Positions 34,280 through 48,100 of a stretch of DNA of 64,000 nucleotides are shown piece by piece. The notes under the pieces were generated by a model. It made no database searches. It saw only the letters and a program-made list of their open reading frames with translations, and was not told the origin of the DNA. Source of the DNA: Zancudomyces culisetae HAW-14-8 (taxonomy: Eukaryota > Fungi > Kickxellomycota); the NCBI GenBank assembly GCA_052426225.1, contig JBNJNM010000011.1, positions 3,844,001-3,908,000 of the forward strand, given 5' to 3'. Each line of letters starts with the position of its first letter. Within the stretch, counting starts at the first letter, position 1. The position numbers and the translations under genes were made by a program.

Positions 34280-37276
34280 GATGTAAAGGTGTTGTCCTGA
34301 TATCGATCCTTGGGAATGGAAATAAAGCCGCCCTGCGCTAAAGCTTAAATAAAGCTATATACCGTACTGTTATAAAAATACAAAGTAGATTCAAGCAAAT
34401 AACCTTAAAATCCCCTTCACAATCCCATCTAATCTGCGCGTTTCATATTTTTCAATCACAGTTCTAGCAGGGGGGAGGGGGAGGAGGAGAAGGGGATTTT
34501 TGTGCGCGATTTTAAAGTATAAAGCCGAAAATACCGTTGGATCACATCAGCTTTTCTCCCCTTGTTCTGGCTCCAAATCTAACAGACCTTGCTCTTGTTT
34601 TTTCTTTTTTCTTGTAATTTATACCCCCTGATAATTTGTTGCAACATTATTGGTTCACTTTATTTCAATTATTTAAAAAAAAATTTTTCTTAGCTGATAG
34701 CTGAATTATCTAAAATAATAAATTTTGCTAAACTAACCTGATAGGTTGTGTGAAAACGGGTGTTAGCAAATAAATTTGAAGTAAAAAACAGATGCTCTTC
34801 TTTTTAATTTGTAATCCACTTTTTTTTTGCAAGGTAGGTTTATCAAATAGGATAATTTCGAATCAAGAAAGAAACTATTCTCTTATCCGAAAATTTTGGT
34901 GTAACAACAATCTCTCAAATGTTGAATATCAAAATTACGAAAGCTTAGGTGCGGCACTTTGCTTAGAAGAGTAAAAAGAATTACATGCATCCCCATGCCC
35001 ATGCCCATGTCCATTCCTGTTCTAATTTTACCTCGTTAATAAAATCTATAAAAATGGTTCCCTTTCAGAATGCCTGTCCCCTTCAGAGATCGGATGTATT
35101 TTTTTTAGAAAAGGCTATAACTCAGGGAAAGGTAGAGGGCAAACATCGCTCTCCATTTACATGTCTATGTGGTAGTTTGTATATACTTCAGAAATGCAAA
35201 TTGTGGAATACTTTTGCCCTGCCACATGTTTAGATATGAAAAGGCGGATTTTTCTAGCAAGTACCAAAACAAAATGGAACTAATTGTGAATTTCCTTCCC
35301 CTTACTAGCAGAAACATGATAAGTTGAGCGCGTGTACAGGGAAAAACTGGATTGCTACCAATTTTAGGTATTGAAACCGAATTTTTAATACCAAAATTGG
35401 CAGCCATTTTAAAATCTGAAAATGAGATGTTATATGATAAATGAGGGATGTTATCCTACATTCATTCACAATTATCTTTGACCATTCGTTACACTAAGCA
35501 GCCCTTATAAGTACCTGGTCAAAATACTGTAGATTAAATCTCCCAAAAGATACGCTTGCCTAAAATGTACTCAAGTTGAATAAATGAGCACTTAAGTAAT
35601 ATGAAGAGCAGAATTGGGATTATATGTTTTGATTTTGACCATTCCGATTTGTTCGTTTTGCACTAAAAGATTTATGTGTATCTCTACTACATGCATGTAC
35701 TCGTCTTGGTTTTTACTTGGAGGAATTTTTTTTCGGAAAAAATGCCAGTGTGATGTATGTGCCGAGTATGCAGCAGGGCTTTCGTCACCATCATTATCAT
35801 CTTAAACAACCTTTATTTACTTTTTAAAATTTTGAGATAGCATTGTTTATTGTTTGCTTCTGACAGGTATATTCAGAGACAGGAAAATAGTAATATTTTC
35901 ACGATTTATCAAAAATTTCCAACTTTTGCAGAATAGATAGATGAGATGCTTATTGGTGTAAAAATTTTGTTGGCTCTTCAACTTAAGCAGAGGTAGTAGC
36001 ACAGAACGAAAAAATATTCTTGCATTATCCTTGTGTAATTTAAACAGATAAAACCAGCATGTTAAATCCCAGATAATGAACATTTTGGCAAAAGCACTGT
36101 GAATTGTATCACAATCCGCCTTTGTACAACAGAAATAAGAAGGTAGATCCGATCTGGACATGCTTTTTGTACATTTTTAGATGTCACTGTTGGTGCATTT
36201 TTTCCTGTAGAAGCCATCGCTTTTGGTATGATACCCAAAAACACACAAAAGTCAAGTTAATTAAGATGCAAATATTGCTTCTCCCAAAGTATATGAATAG
36301 TTAAGGAGAAGATGGACAAGGGTATTGGTGGGTATATTTGATGGTACCAGGGCTCAGCTAGCCTATTACCACCTCTCTGTAAAAAAACAAAAACAAAAAC
36401 AAACAAAAAATTCGGCTTTGATTGTTTTGTTATTTTAGGTTTAGTTTTCCAACTAAAAATGGCAAGCATTCCAAGTTTGCGATAGGGAGGAGGAGGTTTA
36501 TTCATTTTTTTTTCTCTCGATTATAACTGTTGGATAGATGTTACCTTTCTAGTGGGGTGTTTTTAGCCAATTACTTGAGTGAAGGTGTTTGACCTTATGT
36601 AGAGATGGACAAATTTCATTTAATTAAAAACGTACATATTAAAATTGCTACTCGAATAAAGTAAATTAAAAAGTGGATTTGTAATTATAAACATAAAACT
36701 TTATGCAAAATTTAATATCACATAAAAGGGGAAGATTAAATACTTCATAGAGGCGGCATCTAGGTCTATGGGAGAGTTGCCAATGAAGAATTAACTCGGT
36801 TATTTTTGAAATTCCACGCATTTAAAAGCTGAAATTGCAGCAAACACTGCAAAGTTAGTAAAAGGTGTTGACTAATTCATGTGAAAAGGCTCTGATAAAA
36901 AGAACATTTAGTCCTGCTTTGGAAATCAGCGCTATTAGGTTTTTTTAAGCTAAAGTGGGATTGCATCATCATTTACATTAGATTAAATCAATAAGTGTCC
37001 GCATACGGCAAGTGAAGAAATAGATTAATATTTAAGGGCGATAAAGTATAGTCGCTGAGCAGTACCTAGGTAATACATTCCTTTGAGTTTCTAAAAATAA
37101 TATCTAAAATATTACAGGCTTAAAAGGAAATAGCAGACCCTATTTACAAGCCATAAAAACCTGAAAACAAAATTATTAGCGGATTCTACATGTAGGCAAG
37201 GAAAAGACCCCTTCGTGAAAGGGGTAGGAATACTGACATTTGTACATTCACTGTAAAAAAAAACGCTGATAGTTGG

Positions 37277-37284
37277 TATATAAG
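37277..37284 (+). promoter_or_regulatory. TATA box upstream of the Cys-rich sORF
   Basis: TATATAAG about 150 bp before ATG 37435, followed by an A-rich leader. Confidence 0.45.
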
Positions 37285-37434
37285 GGCGAAAAAGTGCTAT
37301 AGAAGAGGAAGACCCGAGATAAACAATTTTTATTCTTGCTACTAACTATTTGTGTCATTGAACATAAACATAAACATAAACGTAATAACAATATAACACA
37401 AAGAAAAATTAACTAAAATAAGTACACAGAAAAT

Positions 37435-37533
37435 ATGTCTACAGAACTTTTCACCAACGGAAAACTCTCATCTTGTGACCGAGAGTGCACCTGTCCTGTG
37501 TGTTCATCAAGAGGAAGAAATGGACAGAATTAG
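37435..37533 (+). CDS. Candidate 32-aa Cys-rich microprotein (metallothionein-like CxxxCxCxxC)
   Basis: MSTELFTNGKLSSCDRECTCPVCSSRGRNGQN*. AAAATATG start context, upstream TATA and A-rich leader, AU-rich 3' region. Below the ORF-track cutoff. Confidence 0.5.
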   Translation: MSTELFTNGKLSSCDRECTCPVCSSRGRNGQN

Positions 37534-37672
37534 TCATACAGTTATCAGCCATAAAAACCAAGCAAGCACCCTTCATATAGATCAAAGTGTAATTCAGGGA
37601 TGATTATCAGTAAAGCAAGGGTACCAGGATTATTGACTTCGCTCATAAAGTGTATTGCAACATACCAGTCTG

Positions 37673-37696
37673 TATTTATTTATTTATTTATTTATT
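37673..37696 (+). repeat. (ATTT)n tract, tandem AUUUA ARE-like
   Basis: tatttatttatttatttatttatt, 140 bp after the sORF stop. Confidence 0.7.
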
Positions 37697-40600
37697 AAAA
37701 TCTCAAGGAGTAGCATAGAATTGTTTTCTATTTCGATATAACTAGTATCTTTTATTGAAAATATGGCTATCGTAAATAAAGTAGAATTGAGATGGCAGCT
37801 GTGTTTACAATAAAACAGTTTAAAATCTTACTTCACTATTTTTTGGAGTGAGGTAGGACTGATGATCTCTGTCGATATTAAGAATATTAAAGCCATTACT
37901 CTCGACACAGTCAATTGTATACATACTGAAGCATTGAGTTGAGAAAACGGGACTATGTCATATACGGCATGCTCAGAAAGAACTTACAATAAAGCAGGGA
38001 TAAAAGGCTGAAATGTGTGAGTTGACACCCAGTTGTTGGTAAAATACGCATAATGTGCGCAGTTGTATAAGTATTGATCCATGTCGAAAGTATAGTAGAG
38101 CAAGAAGCAGGGGATGTCCCGATTGAAAGAAAAAACGATGGTTGGCAATTATGTTCAGCCCACCAGATTTGCGAAGAAGTCTTGCTTTACACCAGGTATT
38201 TCTTTGGAAAAGCTTGTACCGCATGTGAAAGTGTATTTAATGAGATCGTTAACTTAATCTCATGGCTGTGATTGTGTTTGCTTTTACTAGTTATACGTTG
38301 TGCAAGCTTTGCTGGAACCCAAAGTTTCTGCATTTTTTTTTTTTGCAAAAAAAACGTTAACTGGGAATAGCCCAATGATCAAGCAATGAGGTAATGAGAG
38401 TACCCACCAGGAAGAAATCAACCTAAAATGCAGACATTTCAAATGTGCATCTAATAAGTACCCGTAACCATCCCCGCCATTTAAACTACACAAAAAAATG
38501 ATTCTTTGCAATTTATAACAAACATAGCAAATACAAAAAAAGCATAAATACATCTTATGCAAATCAGAAAAGAGCATGTTGGTTACACAGTCAATTGCCA
38601 ATCAAACTGTAAATGGGCAAATTGTCGAAATTCATCATCAGAAAAATGCTAAGAGGGAAACTGCTCTGTTGAAACATGTTGTCATTATAGCTTAGATATA
38701 TACAAATATAAGAAAGCCGGGTGGTTGATTTTGTAGAAACACATGGAGTCATCACCCAGTGCAAAAAAATCTGTAGACATTCTATCTAATCGCCTGAGCA
38801 TATAGGCTCTTGACAATGGTCAAATTGTGGCTGTAGTATAACTTTATTCTTTATCCAAGAGTGTGTTTGGGCTCACTATGTGTAATATACGATTATTACA
38901 GAGGGCTAGTAAAATCCACAATAACGGGTAAAGATACAGTTTAGCAAGTTACAAACAAGTAGACGTATTTCAACATATCAAGACATCAACTCCTCTATTT
39001 GATTGCGACCCATTAATAAAAAAATCGATACTTGCTGGGAAATCCTAGAAAACCCAATATTTGTGACTCAGCTGATATAAGGACAGCGCTGGGATATATG
39101 GTCTCATTAATAGCTGTATATAAACATTTTTATTGTAGTGATTCCTTAATACAGATATATTTTCTCGTTTATTTTGCAAAAAAAGGCAGTAAAAAGCCTC
39201 CCTATTTACATTTTGGGAAACCAATGGATTCCCCCCTGCAAATACCCATGATCCTAGCTAACCTAATAATAAATAAAATGGTGATTTGTGAAAAAATAAC
39301 CTGAAACAACCCCTTTTCTATGTTCACTGACTCCAAATATCGCTCATATATGATTTTTGTAGGAATATCACGGAACCATGTACTTTCACATTGTGTAAAA
39401 CAGAAAAAGGATGCCAAAAAGCTTTGAACACAGGTTTAAACATTGCACAAATAATACTCGAATTGTATACATTTGCCCATATAAGTAATATTCATGAGAT
39501 AAATACCTAACGAGTTTTTTATTTTTATTACGTCCATTTATTGTTGATTATATCGGGCGAGTTCAACGATAGGATTATTAATAGTTTGTAGGAACTCAGT
39601 AATTGTATACAAAACACATGTATATTCATGATACGCTGATCGTGTCTGTAAAAATAAATACATAATCGTAGGCAAATTAGCATGCTGTACAACATTCTCT
39701 ACAACAAAATATCGTAACACAACCCGGGACACTTTTTTATAACCCAACTAGTGGCTATATGAAGAGTCCAGTAAAACCGAATTAAAAGGCGACGAGGAGC
39801 GATAAATACAGAAAAGTGCAGACACAAGGCGCATAATTCAGCTCTATATACATAAGATGAAATCTGTGTCACAAGTATTTATTAAGCAATACATTTTTAC
39901 CAGCTCCAACACAGCTCGTGGTATAAAATCACATATCTTCACTTTCGAAAATTTGTTGAAATATACAGCGCTGATACCATTCACTTTCAAAGATAGTTGC
40001 ATTGGCAAAATAAGGTGATTTCTTGGAGGTAAAGCCGAGTTTAGTCGTAATGAAGTTCTTTTATTACTCCAAGATAGTTTAATTTTATTTCAAAAGCGAA
40101 AAGGAAAAGAAAACAATTACATAAAAGTTCCACTAGTATATTTGTGTGATGGGGCGAATGGTGAAAATAGACTGGCATTAGTAATTCAATGTTATTGAGC
40201 CCCAAAGGGTCGCAAAATTGCGGGTCGAAAGCAAAATAGCTTACGATAATTACATAACGCTCCACAGCACAAATTATTCATTTAAGCTCTTTTGTCTTTT
40301 TCTGGTTCGATGCTGGTTAATCGCGCTAGTTGTAGGCAAAATGCGCAAAGTGTGCAAAACAAGTAGGTTCAAAAACAGCATGCGTATTAACTATTTCTGC
40401 TTCAGTAATACAACTAATATACAAAAAATGGCGTACTTGGGAGTATAGGCGTAATTAAGCTTATATAATGTGCCATTTGCTGATTAATTTCAATGAAAAA
40501 ATAATATACAGGTCTATTAGCATATAACCATTTGGCTACCAATATTAGTTAGCTGGGTGATTAGTGCAATAAATTTATGATGGCGAGGATAAGTAGGACC

Positions 40601-42724
40601 AGATTTTGAAATGGTCATGTAATATTTGGAAAAAATACGTACGAGTGAAAGAGCAGGTGTCACCAACTTATTGTTACCTCTTTATTAGTTACTGGTATTT
40701 TCGTAAGTCCCTTTTGACAGAACAAAATTATTAAAATCTACAGGAGAAAGACGAAAGCCATATGTAGCCTAGTTCCCATAACTGATTTGCGACCATTTAG
40801 TAGCCTCATTTTTGTGAGCTAAGCTAGTAGATAAATAATATAGAATCGAGACAAATAAAACACAAGGAAAATGCGTGCATTTATATACATCATCTGTTTT
40901 TATTTTTACACAAAACCCATAAAATAAGTTGGGATGTGGTTAATTATGCTAGGGTATGGGTTACCACTGAGTATTGTATTCTTATTTTTGCATTGGTAAA
41001 AATACAAGTATACTCGTGTGAGAGCTAAAGAGGTAAGTCTTAAAAAAAGACATGAAAGAATAAGTATGTTCTACATCTACAAGATGCGGATGCAGCCTCA
41101 AAAAGTAATACAGTAAGCTTAAATTTTGTCCATCAAGTATCATATTCTCACAAGGGCTGTTGCCTGAATAACCTTATACCTGGAAAATGGAACTAAGGGG
41201 GAGAGGGTATTAGGAAACTCTCAAGCACCAGGAACGTTCTAAGAACTAGTATGAGCCACACAGTAGCCACAAACATACATATCCACTCCAGAGTTGCCAT
41301 TCACCGTCTCAATACGCAGTGCTGATCGTGGTATTTTGTTAGAATAGTCAAGTGAATTTACCTGGGCTAGGATGGCTTGAATTATCGAATAACATTGTGA
41401 TGCTCTGTCCTACTGGTACTAATTTGGAATCAATAACAAGTAATGGTAATAAAAATATATGTTTCCTACACTGCAAAAAGCATCCAAATACCAGTGACGC
41501 CGAAAAAACTTTAACGATACTATATAGCAACTTGCTAGTGCTGTAGACATGCCAATTCACGCTTGGTTTTTTGATAAACAGCGAAGGGCAGAAAAAAGAA
41601 ACAGAAAAATAGGTTCAAATGGGCCAAGTAGTTAAGAACAGACCACCGCCATTTCATATGAGTATGTGAGGAGTAATACATGAACTATGTGTATTGTTGT
41701 GGTGCGTATATATATGTAATGTCTTGCTCTATAATGTTAGATTAGCAACGTTTTAATACATATACACTTTAATCGACGACTAAAGACAGCTATAAAAACT
41801 ATAGGAGAATGAAAGTTGGTACTACTTATTTTCTCCTATCCCCCCTCTCACCGACTTGCCTTTACCACCCTCCCATTGTTTTGAGCACCGCCTTCCAATC
41901 GTTGAAAACAACTTTTTTTTAGAAATCGCTAATCGATAAGTAGAAATGTATGACTGTACAAGTAGAGAAAGAATGGTTGTATCTTTTCTAGCACTGTACA
42001 GGTTTGCTAGATTTGGAATAGTTATATATACTCAAAATGCTTGTCGTCTTCCTCTCCGAAATACTGGAAGGTACAGAGAAAACAGTTATATGAGAGATGG
42101 AGAGGACCCTGTTGTAGCTTCCATGAAAAATGAGGGCATGTGTTTATGTTCATATAGTTTAAGTTTGAATATATTTGCATGTGATATCTTGGGACTTTTA
42201 TTCGTACAAGAAAGATACAAGCGCGCACGGGTAGTTTCCACGCAATTACAAGCAGATCAAGTTAAAAATTAGCCCTCTGTGAGAGTAAAAAATAAACGTA
42301 ATGACTATAGCAGCAATATTTGCTTGAACCTAGGTGATTGTTATACATGTAGACTATTTATTATAGCCAGTTGGATTAAACACGTTGGAAAATGTTTTTC
42401 TCATTTAGAATAGCGTGTTTTGTGTTGAATTATTATGCTTGTTAAATTGGTTTCTTGGGCACAAAATAGGGGCAAACTTGTCCTTGAAAAAAAATCAAAA
42501 AAAATTTTTTTGATCACCTAAAAAAAAAAAGTAAGCAAATGAAAATGCGAATCTAAATATGAATAATCCATGTGGTAGATGGTAAACAAATGGTGAAAGT
42601 AAACAAAGCAAGTTAGAATGATGCTAAATTTTGTGCTAAAAAAGTCTGCGTACATTGATTTTGTTTTATTTATTTTATTTTATTTTATTTTATTCGTTTA
42701 CAAGAGGATTATTAGTCGAGGGAA

Positions 42725-43584
42725 ATGGACAACATGGAATCAGAGTTTTCAGAAGCAGTGGGAGCACTATTTAAACTCCAAGAGAAGTTTGACGAGTATA
42801 ACGTACAACTAAGTAAGGCTCTTTATTGCAATACCCGAAATTTTTATATCGAAAAAAAACTAACATTTTGCTGAAAAAATTTTTAGACGAGGAAATAACA
42901 AAGCTCCAGGCTGGGTATGAACACAAAAAGCGCGGAGTATACGAGGAGCGTGACAAACTGATTGCACGGATTCCCAATTTTTGGCAGCGAGCGATTGAAA
43001 ACCATATGATCTTGTCCGATCTAATTGATGTGGAAGATGCGTTGGCAATGGATAAATTGACAGGTGTTGAGGTGGTACGAGACGCCGAAAATCCTTTGAA
43101 GTACAAGATTATTTTCCGTTTTGATGAAAATGACTTGTTTACGAATCGTGAGTTGGTGCAAAACGTAGATGTGACAAACAAGGATGAACCCACACTGTCA
43201 ACCGAGACAATAATTGAGTGGAAGGGCAAAAACCTGCTTTCAAAGAGCGGCAGCGAAGGGCAAGCTGCAAAGAAAGCAGCGAGTAGCAATGGAAAACACC
43301 CAGAGTTTCAAAATGAAGATGAAGAGGACGATGATGAAGATGCCACATTCTTCAAATTCTTTACGGCTGATGGAGATGTGCAGCTAGCAGAGATAATTGC
43401 AGATGACTTTTATCCAAATTCAGTAAACTACTTCCGAGGAAGTGAAGATGATGACGATGAAATGGATTATGTCGAAGATGAGCAGGATCTGGGAGAAGGA
43501 GAAGAGGAGGAGGAAGAGGAAGAGGAAGAGGCACATGAAGGAGACGAGGAAGAGGGACATGACAGAAAGCGTGTCAGGACATGA
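42725..43584 (+). CDS. NAP-family histone chaperone (SET/TAF-I/Vps75-like), 2 exons
   Basis: Exon 1 42725-42812 (MDNMESEFSEAVGALFKLQEKFDEYNVQL), GTAAGG..CTAAC..TAG intron 42813-42886, exon 2 with RDKLIARIPNFW, IEWKGKNL, FFKFF, LAEIIADDFYPN and an acidic tail ending RKRVR. Confidence 0.9.
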
Positions 43585-43757
43585 GGTAGTGTGTTCAGGT
43601 CCATTGACATTTCTAGTAAAAAAAATAGTCTTTATCTTTATTATAATAGCAAAGTCTTAAATAAAAACCAACTGCTTTCCAACAAGGCACAGAAAAATAC
43701 CAGTAGCTAAATGAAATGAAAAATGAAGGGTGATGGAGAAGAGAGGAGATAACTTGA

Positions 43758-44780
43758 TCAAAGCAAGTTCTTAAGGTCAGGGTTGAGAATCATGTTTCCA
43801 CGGAATAAATCAAGCTGTTTATGTGTGAGTTTTGAAGGCCACTGAATATTTTCGTGAACTAGGTCCTTAAACGAGTTGTGTTCCCAGTAGCAAGTATATG
43901 AAGATAGATCAAAGTTGGTATTTGAAGCGTATTTATGTTCCCAGTAGACAAAAAGACGGCAAAGTTGGTCGATCTTTGCGCGTAAAAAAAGAGATTTCTG
44001 GTATTCAAGTTTTTTCTCCTTGGGAAGCTCAACATACCTCACAGGTCGCACTAAGGGAATTTTAGATGCGTTTTCGAGCACACTTGTTGATGTGTTTGTA
44101 TTTGTACTGCCAGTATTATTGGTGTCGGTATTAGCATTGGTGTTAAGACTATGATTGAGATACATCCTGGGGGTAATAAACTTTTGATATTTTCCACCAA
44201 ACCTGGTTTCTAGTACTCTATCCATATTTACAATCGTATCCGGTTCAACATTCTCGAGTCTATTCGGTGTTAGCTGCATAATTCCGTAAGCATTGACAAC
44301 ATGTTGTGGAGCTTTGAAACCCGTCACAATAACGGCAGGATGCCATAGATCCAGGCGTCTTAGAGCACGACTGTCTTCATGAAGGCTGAGGGGACGCAAC
44401 TTCTTATCTGGGATTTGGCGTAGTAGTTTGCTGGTCACAGATCGATCCTAGATAATTTGTATCACATATATTTCAGCTTTTGGTTTGTACCATGTGTAAA
44501 TGTTTACGCTTGTTTTGATTAACGACTACAATTCAGATACTTTATTTGTATTTTTTATTCTTTTTGCAAATATAGGCAAAAATAAATAAATAAAAACAAC
44601 AAAAAGTATTATGATAGCGTAGCTTTTGATATTGAGAACAGGAGAATGGATTTATGAAACCAATCCAAAGTAGAAAAATCAAATTACCTGTAGATTCTTG
44701 CTAGTTGAAACTAACACAGTGTTGTCGCGAATGTTGCGAAACAGAATGAGCCCGAGCTTTTTATCCTTGACCTTGTCCAT
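43758..44780 (-). CDS. MHR1: Mitochondrial ribosomal protein mL67/Mhr1, 2 exons
   Basis: Exon 1 44780-44688 (MDKVKDKKLGLILFRNIRDNTVLVSTSKNLQ), intron 44687-44448, exon 2 with LRQIPDKK..RLDLWHP and C-terminal YWE..W..H..L.RGN. This resembles the Mhr1 FRN..QV / RKDLWRP pattern. Confidence 0.72.
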
Positions 44781-44852
44781 ATGTGAATTTTCAAGAGTGT
44801 AAAATCTATGATTGTCGAATTTCGAAAAATGGTATCTATAATTTTTCTTAGC

Positions 44853-44862
44853 TGAAAATTTT
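44853..44862. promoter_or_regulatory. RRPE-like element TGAAAATTTT
   Basis: Exact RRPE consensus about 75 bp upstream of the MHR1-like start. Confidence 0.4.
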
Positions 44863-45152
44863 ATCAATCAAGATTTTTTATGTACTGAAAAAAAGCAAAT
44901 CAGTTTAATTCAACCAAAGTATTTTAGTTATTAAAAAAAAAGAAAAAAAAGTGTTGGAGGCGAGAGAGGAGGTGGGGGAGTTGTCCAGAATTTGGACTAT
45001 AAATTGCCGACCTCAGCTAAAAACTCCAAGGAAAGAGGACATGACAAAAAAATTTTTTTTTTCTCGAATTTATTATTAGTGTTAAAAGAAAACAAAGCAT
45101 AAATCGTGTTTAGAATAATTTTTAAAGAGCATAAAGCGAACTGTGATGTGCT

Positions 45153-48100
45153 TTATTGTGAATCATTTTTCCTGTATTTGGTAGCTAACTTACCAACCAA
45201 AGATGCAGTTGCAGCACTGGTTGTGGCAGAATACAAAAGTGGAGACTGTGTAACAGATGATGTATCATTTGCCGAGCTAGTAGCTGTGGTATTAGGCAAG
45301 AGCTGATTTCTTTCGCTTGATCCGGCAGCCTCTTGGCTGGGATATGTGACTGCAGTTGCGGATGCTTCTTTAGATGCCTTCATGGAGCTTCTGACACGAG
45401 AAAAGAATTTCAAGACGTTTTTGACGTCCTTTGCAGCCTGGGTGCGATTCATCTCGCTTCTTGTAATCGTTGGTCTATGTTGTTGCTCGGCGCTTTCGGT
45501 CCGTTGTAGGCCGAAACAGACGCCAAAATCGGGCAGAGTGCGAACAAGCAGGCCAACAGGAACGGACAGCGAACCAATTAATATAGTTGCAATCCATTGG
45601 GAGCCGGTTAGTGGAGTAGTAGAGAATGCAAGACCACCATAGGTAACGATCAGATACTGCAGCACAACGATGCAAAGTTGAACATACAAAAAGCCATGAT
45701 CGTGCAAAATATTCTCAAGCAAGTTGAACTGTGATGGTGCAATGCGGCGACAGTTGAGTTCGTTAAATACCTGTAGAAACACAAAGGTATTGAAGATAAT
45801 AGTGCCGAGCACACGGTTGCCTTCAGGAGTGTGAGGTAGCTTAAACAGTGCGTGACCTTTGTTGAGCAACACAAGATTAACTGCGACTTGGAATGCAGCC
45901 TCAATAGTGATCATGCGCCACATTTCAAAAGTAATCAGACTGGCATTTTTGGGGATAGGCAATCGTTCGAGTAAGTGTGCAGTGGGACCTTCAGTAGCCA
46001 AGGCAAGCGCAGCAAGGGTATCCATAATCATGTTGACCCACAAAAGCTGAACAGCTGTTAGCACGGACTCTCCACTAGACGAAACCAAACTACTGATGAA
46101 TGTAAGAAGCACAGCGGTGATGTTGACAGTCAGTTGGAACTGCAAGAATTTGCGTACCGACACATTGACAGCGCGACCCCATTTGAGTGCCTGGACAATT
46201 GATGAGAAGTTGTCATCCATAAGAATAATGTCAGATGCCTCTTTGGCAACTTCAGTGCCAGCAATACCCATACTGAACCCAACATCCGCCATCTTTAGAG
46301 CTGGCGCATCGTTGGTACCATCACCAGTCATTGCAACTACTTCGTCGCGTTCTTGTAACCGAGCAACTAGAATCTGCTTATCGAGTGGGGATGATCGAGC
46401 CATAACTTGTAAGCGGGGAAGCAGTTGGTGTTGGGCTTCAGGGGAAAGTGCGCGCCACTCGGGGCCAGTAATGGAGCGACCACCCTTAGTTAGAATACCT
46501 GCGTTTTTGGCGATGGCTTCTGCAGTTTCGATGTTATCACCAGTAATCATCCGCACAAACACACCGGCACGGTGACAATCAGCGACACTATCGATAACGC
46601 TAGGCCGCAGAGGATCCATAATACCCATAAGCGAAATCCATGTCAGTTGAGCAATTGGTGCATTTTCAGGATCAAATGCTGTGTCGTGTGGCATTGTGCG
46701 AAACGCCAGCGCAAATGTGCGCAACGCCTTGCGTGCGTATCGGTAAATGTTACGCTCCAGTTCAACACGCATTGCCTGTGTCATGGCAATTGTTTGTCCA
46801 TTGCCATCCAATACATGTGTGCAGTTGGCCAACACGATTTCTGATGCACCCTTGACGTGGAGTCGGACTTCTGACTCATATGCACCTGCAACTACTGTAG
46901 CCATGTATTTCTTTTCTGATGAAAATGGCCAAACAAATAGTGGTTCATGGGCAGCTCGTAAGTTTCGGTAGTCAGCACCGCATCGCTTGATGAACTCCAA
47001 AAGTGCACATTCAGACTTGCTACCAATAAACTCAATCCGCCCATGTTCGTTTGTCCCTTCAAATGCTGCCGAGTTGACTGCCGATCCTTCATTGATCAAT
47101 TCGCTGACCTTCTCTGGCAATTTTGTCATAAATGCTACTGCCTCATCACTACTTTCCATCTCCATTTCTGCCGCCGATGCCCGCACCACTGTCATGCGGT
47201 TCTGTGTCAAAGTACCAGTCTTATCCGTACATACAGCAGTAGCGCCTCCCATCGTTTCACATGCTGCAAGCTGACGTACCAAGTTACCATCTTTAATCAT
47301 TTGAGTTGTTGCATATGCCAGCGCAATGGTGACAGCCATCGGCAAGCCTTCTGGTACTGCTACAACAACAACAGTGATACACTCAATTGCAATGTTCACT
47401 ATGTGTGAAAACACCTCCTCAGCTGGTGGAAACTCGTCTAAAAGTGCTGATTGCATCAAGTACTTGAGCAACAAACTCATGAATAGCAATCCTGCGGCGG
47501 ATATACCGTATTTGGCAATTTCTTCAGATAATGTGTCCAGTTTCTTCTGTAATGGCGTTTCTGCCGTAGCTCCAGATCCCCCACCACGCATTGCCATCAT
47601 AATCTTGCCATAAAACGAATTTTTTCCAACTGCCACAACGACAACCCGTCCCACTCCAGAAAGCACTTTTGCTCCAGACAACACAAACGGATCACGTCCC
47701 TCTTCATCCAGCGTACCTTTCTTGATAGCATCACTCTCTCCTGTCGCGCTACTCTCATCGCATACTACTTCATGTCCTGATAGGTAGACTCCATCGACAG
47801 CCATAATATCACCTGGCTCAATCAATAGCACATCACCCACAACAAGATCATGCACACCAACCTCCTCTTCTCTACCATCACGTAGTACCTTGACATTCCG
47901 GTCTTCCTTTTTGGCGTTGAGTTTTCTAAATTGTTTTTCCTTGTTGTAGTCATTAATCGCGTTCGTAAAGCAGACAACCGCCACTGCGGCCATAATCGCC
48001 ACTCCCTCAACCCATCCAACCTTGACTGGGTCGTCTTTGTGTCCGCCATAGTAATCTTCGTATATCCCGACAAGCAGTGATATAAGCGCGGCAACGCTCA

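Noticed and set aside
35847-36545. Short ORFs and an intron-like GTAACA..TTTACAG on the minus strand
   Set aside because: No coherent reading frame or recognisable protein after splicing.
37859-37930. TGATGA...CTGA box C/D-like or hammerhead-like (CTGATGA) stretch
   Set aside because: No terminal stem, no recognisable rRNA guide and no hammerhead GAAA/stem II.
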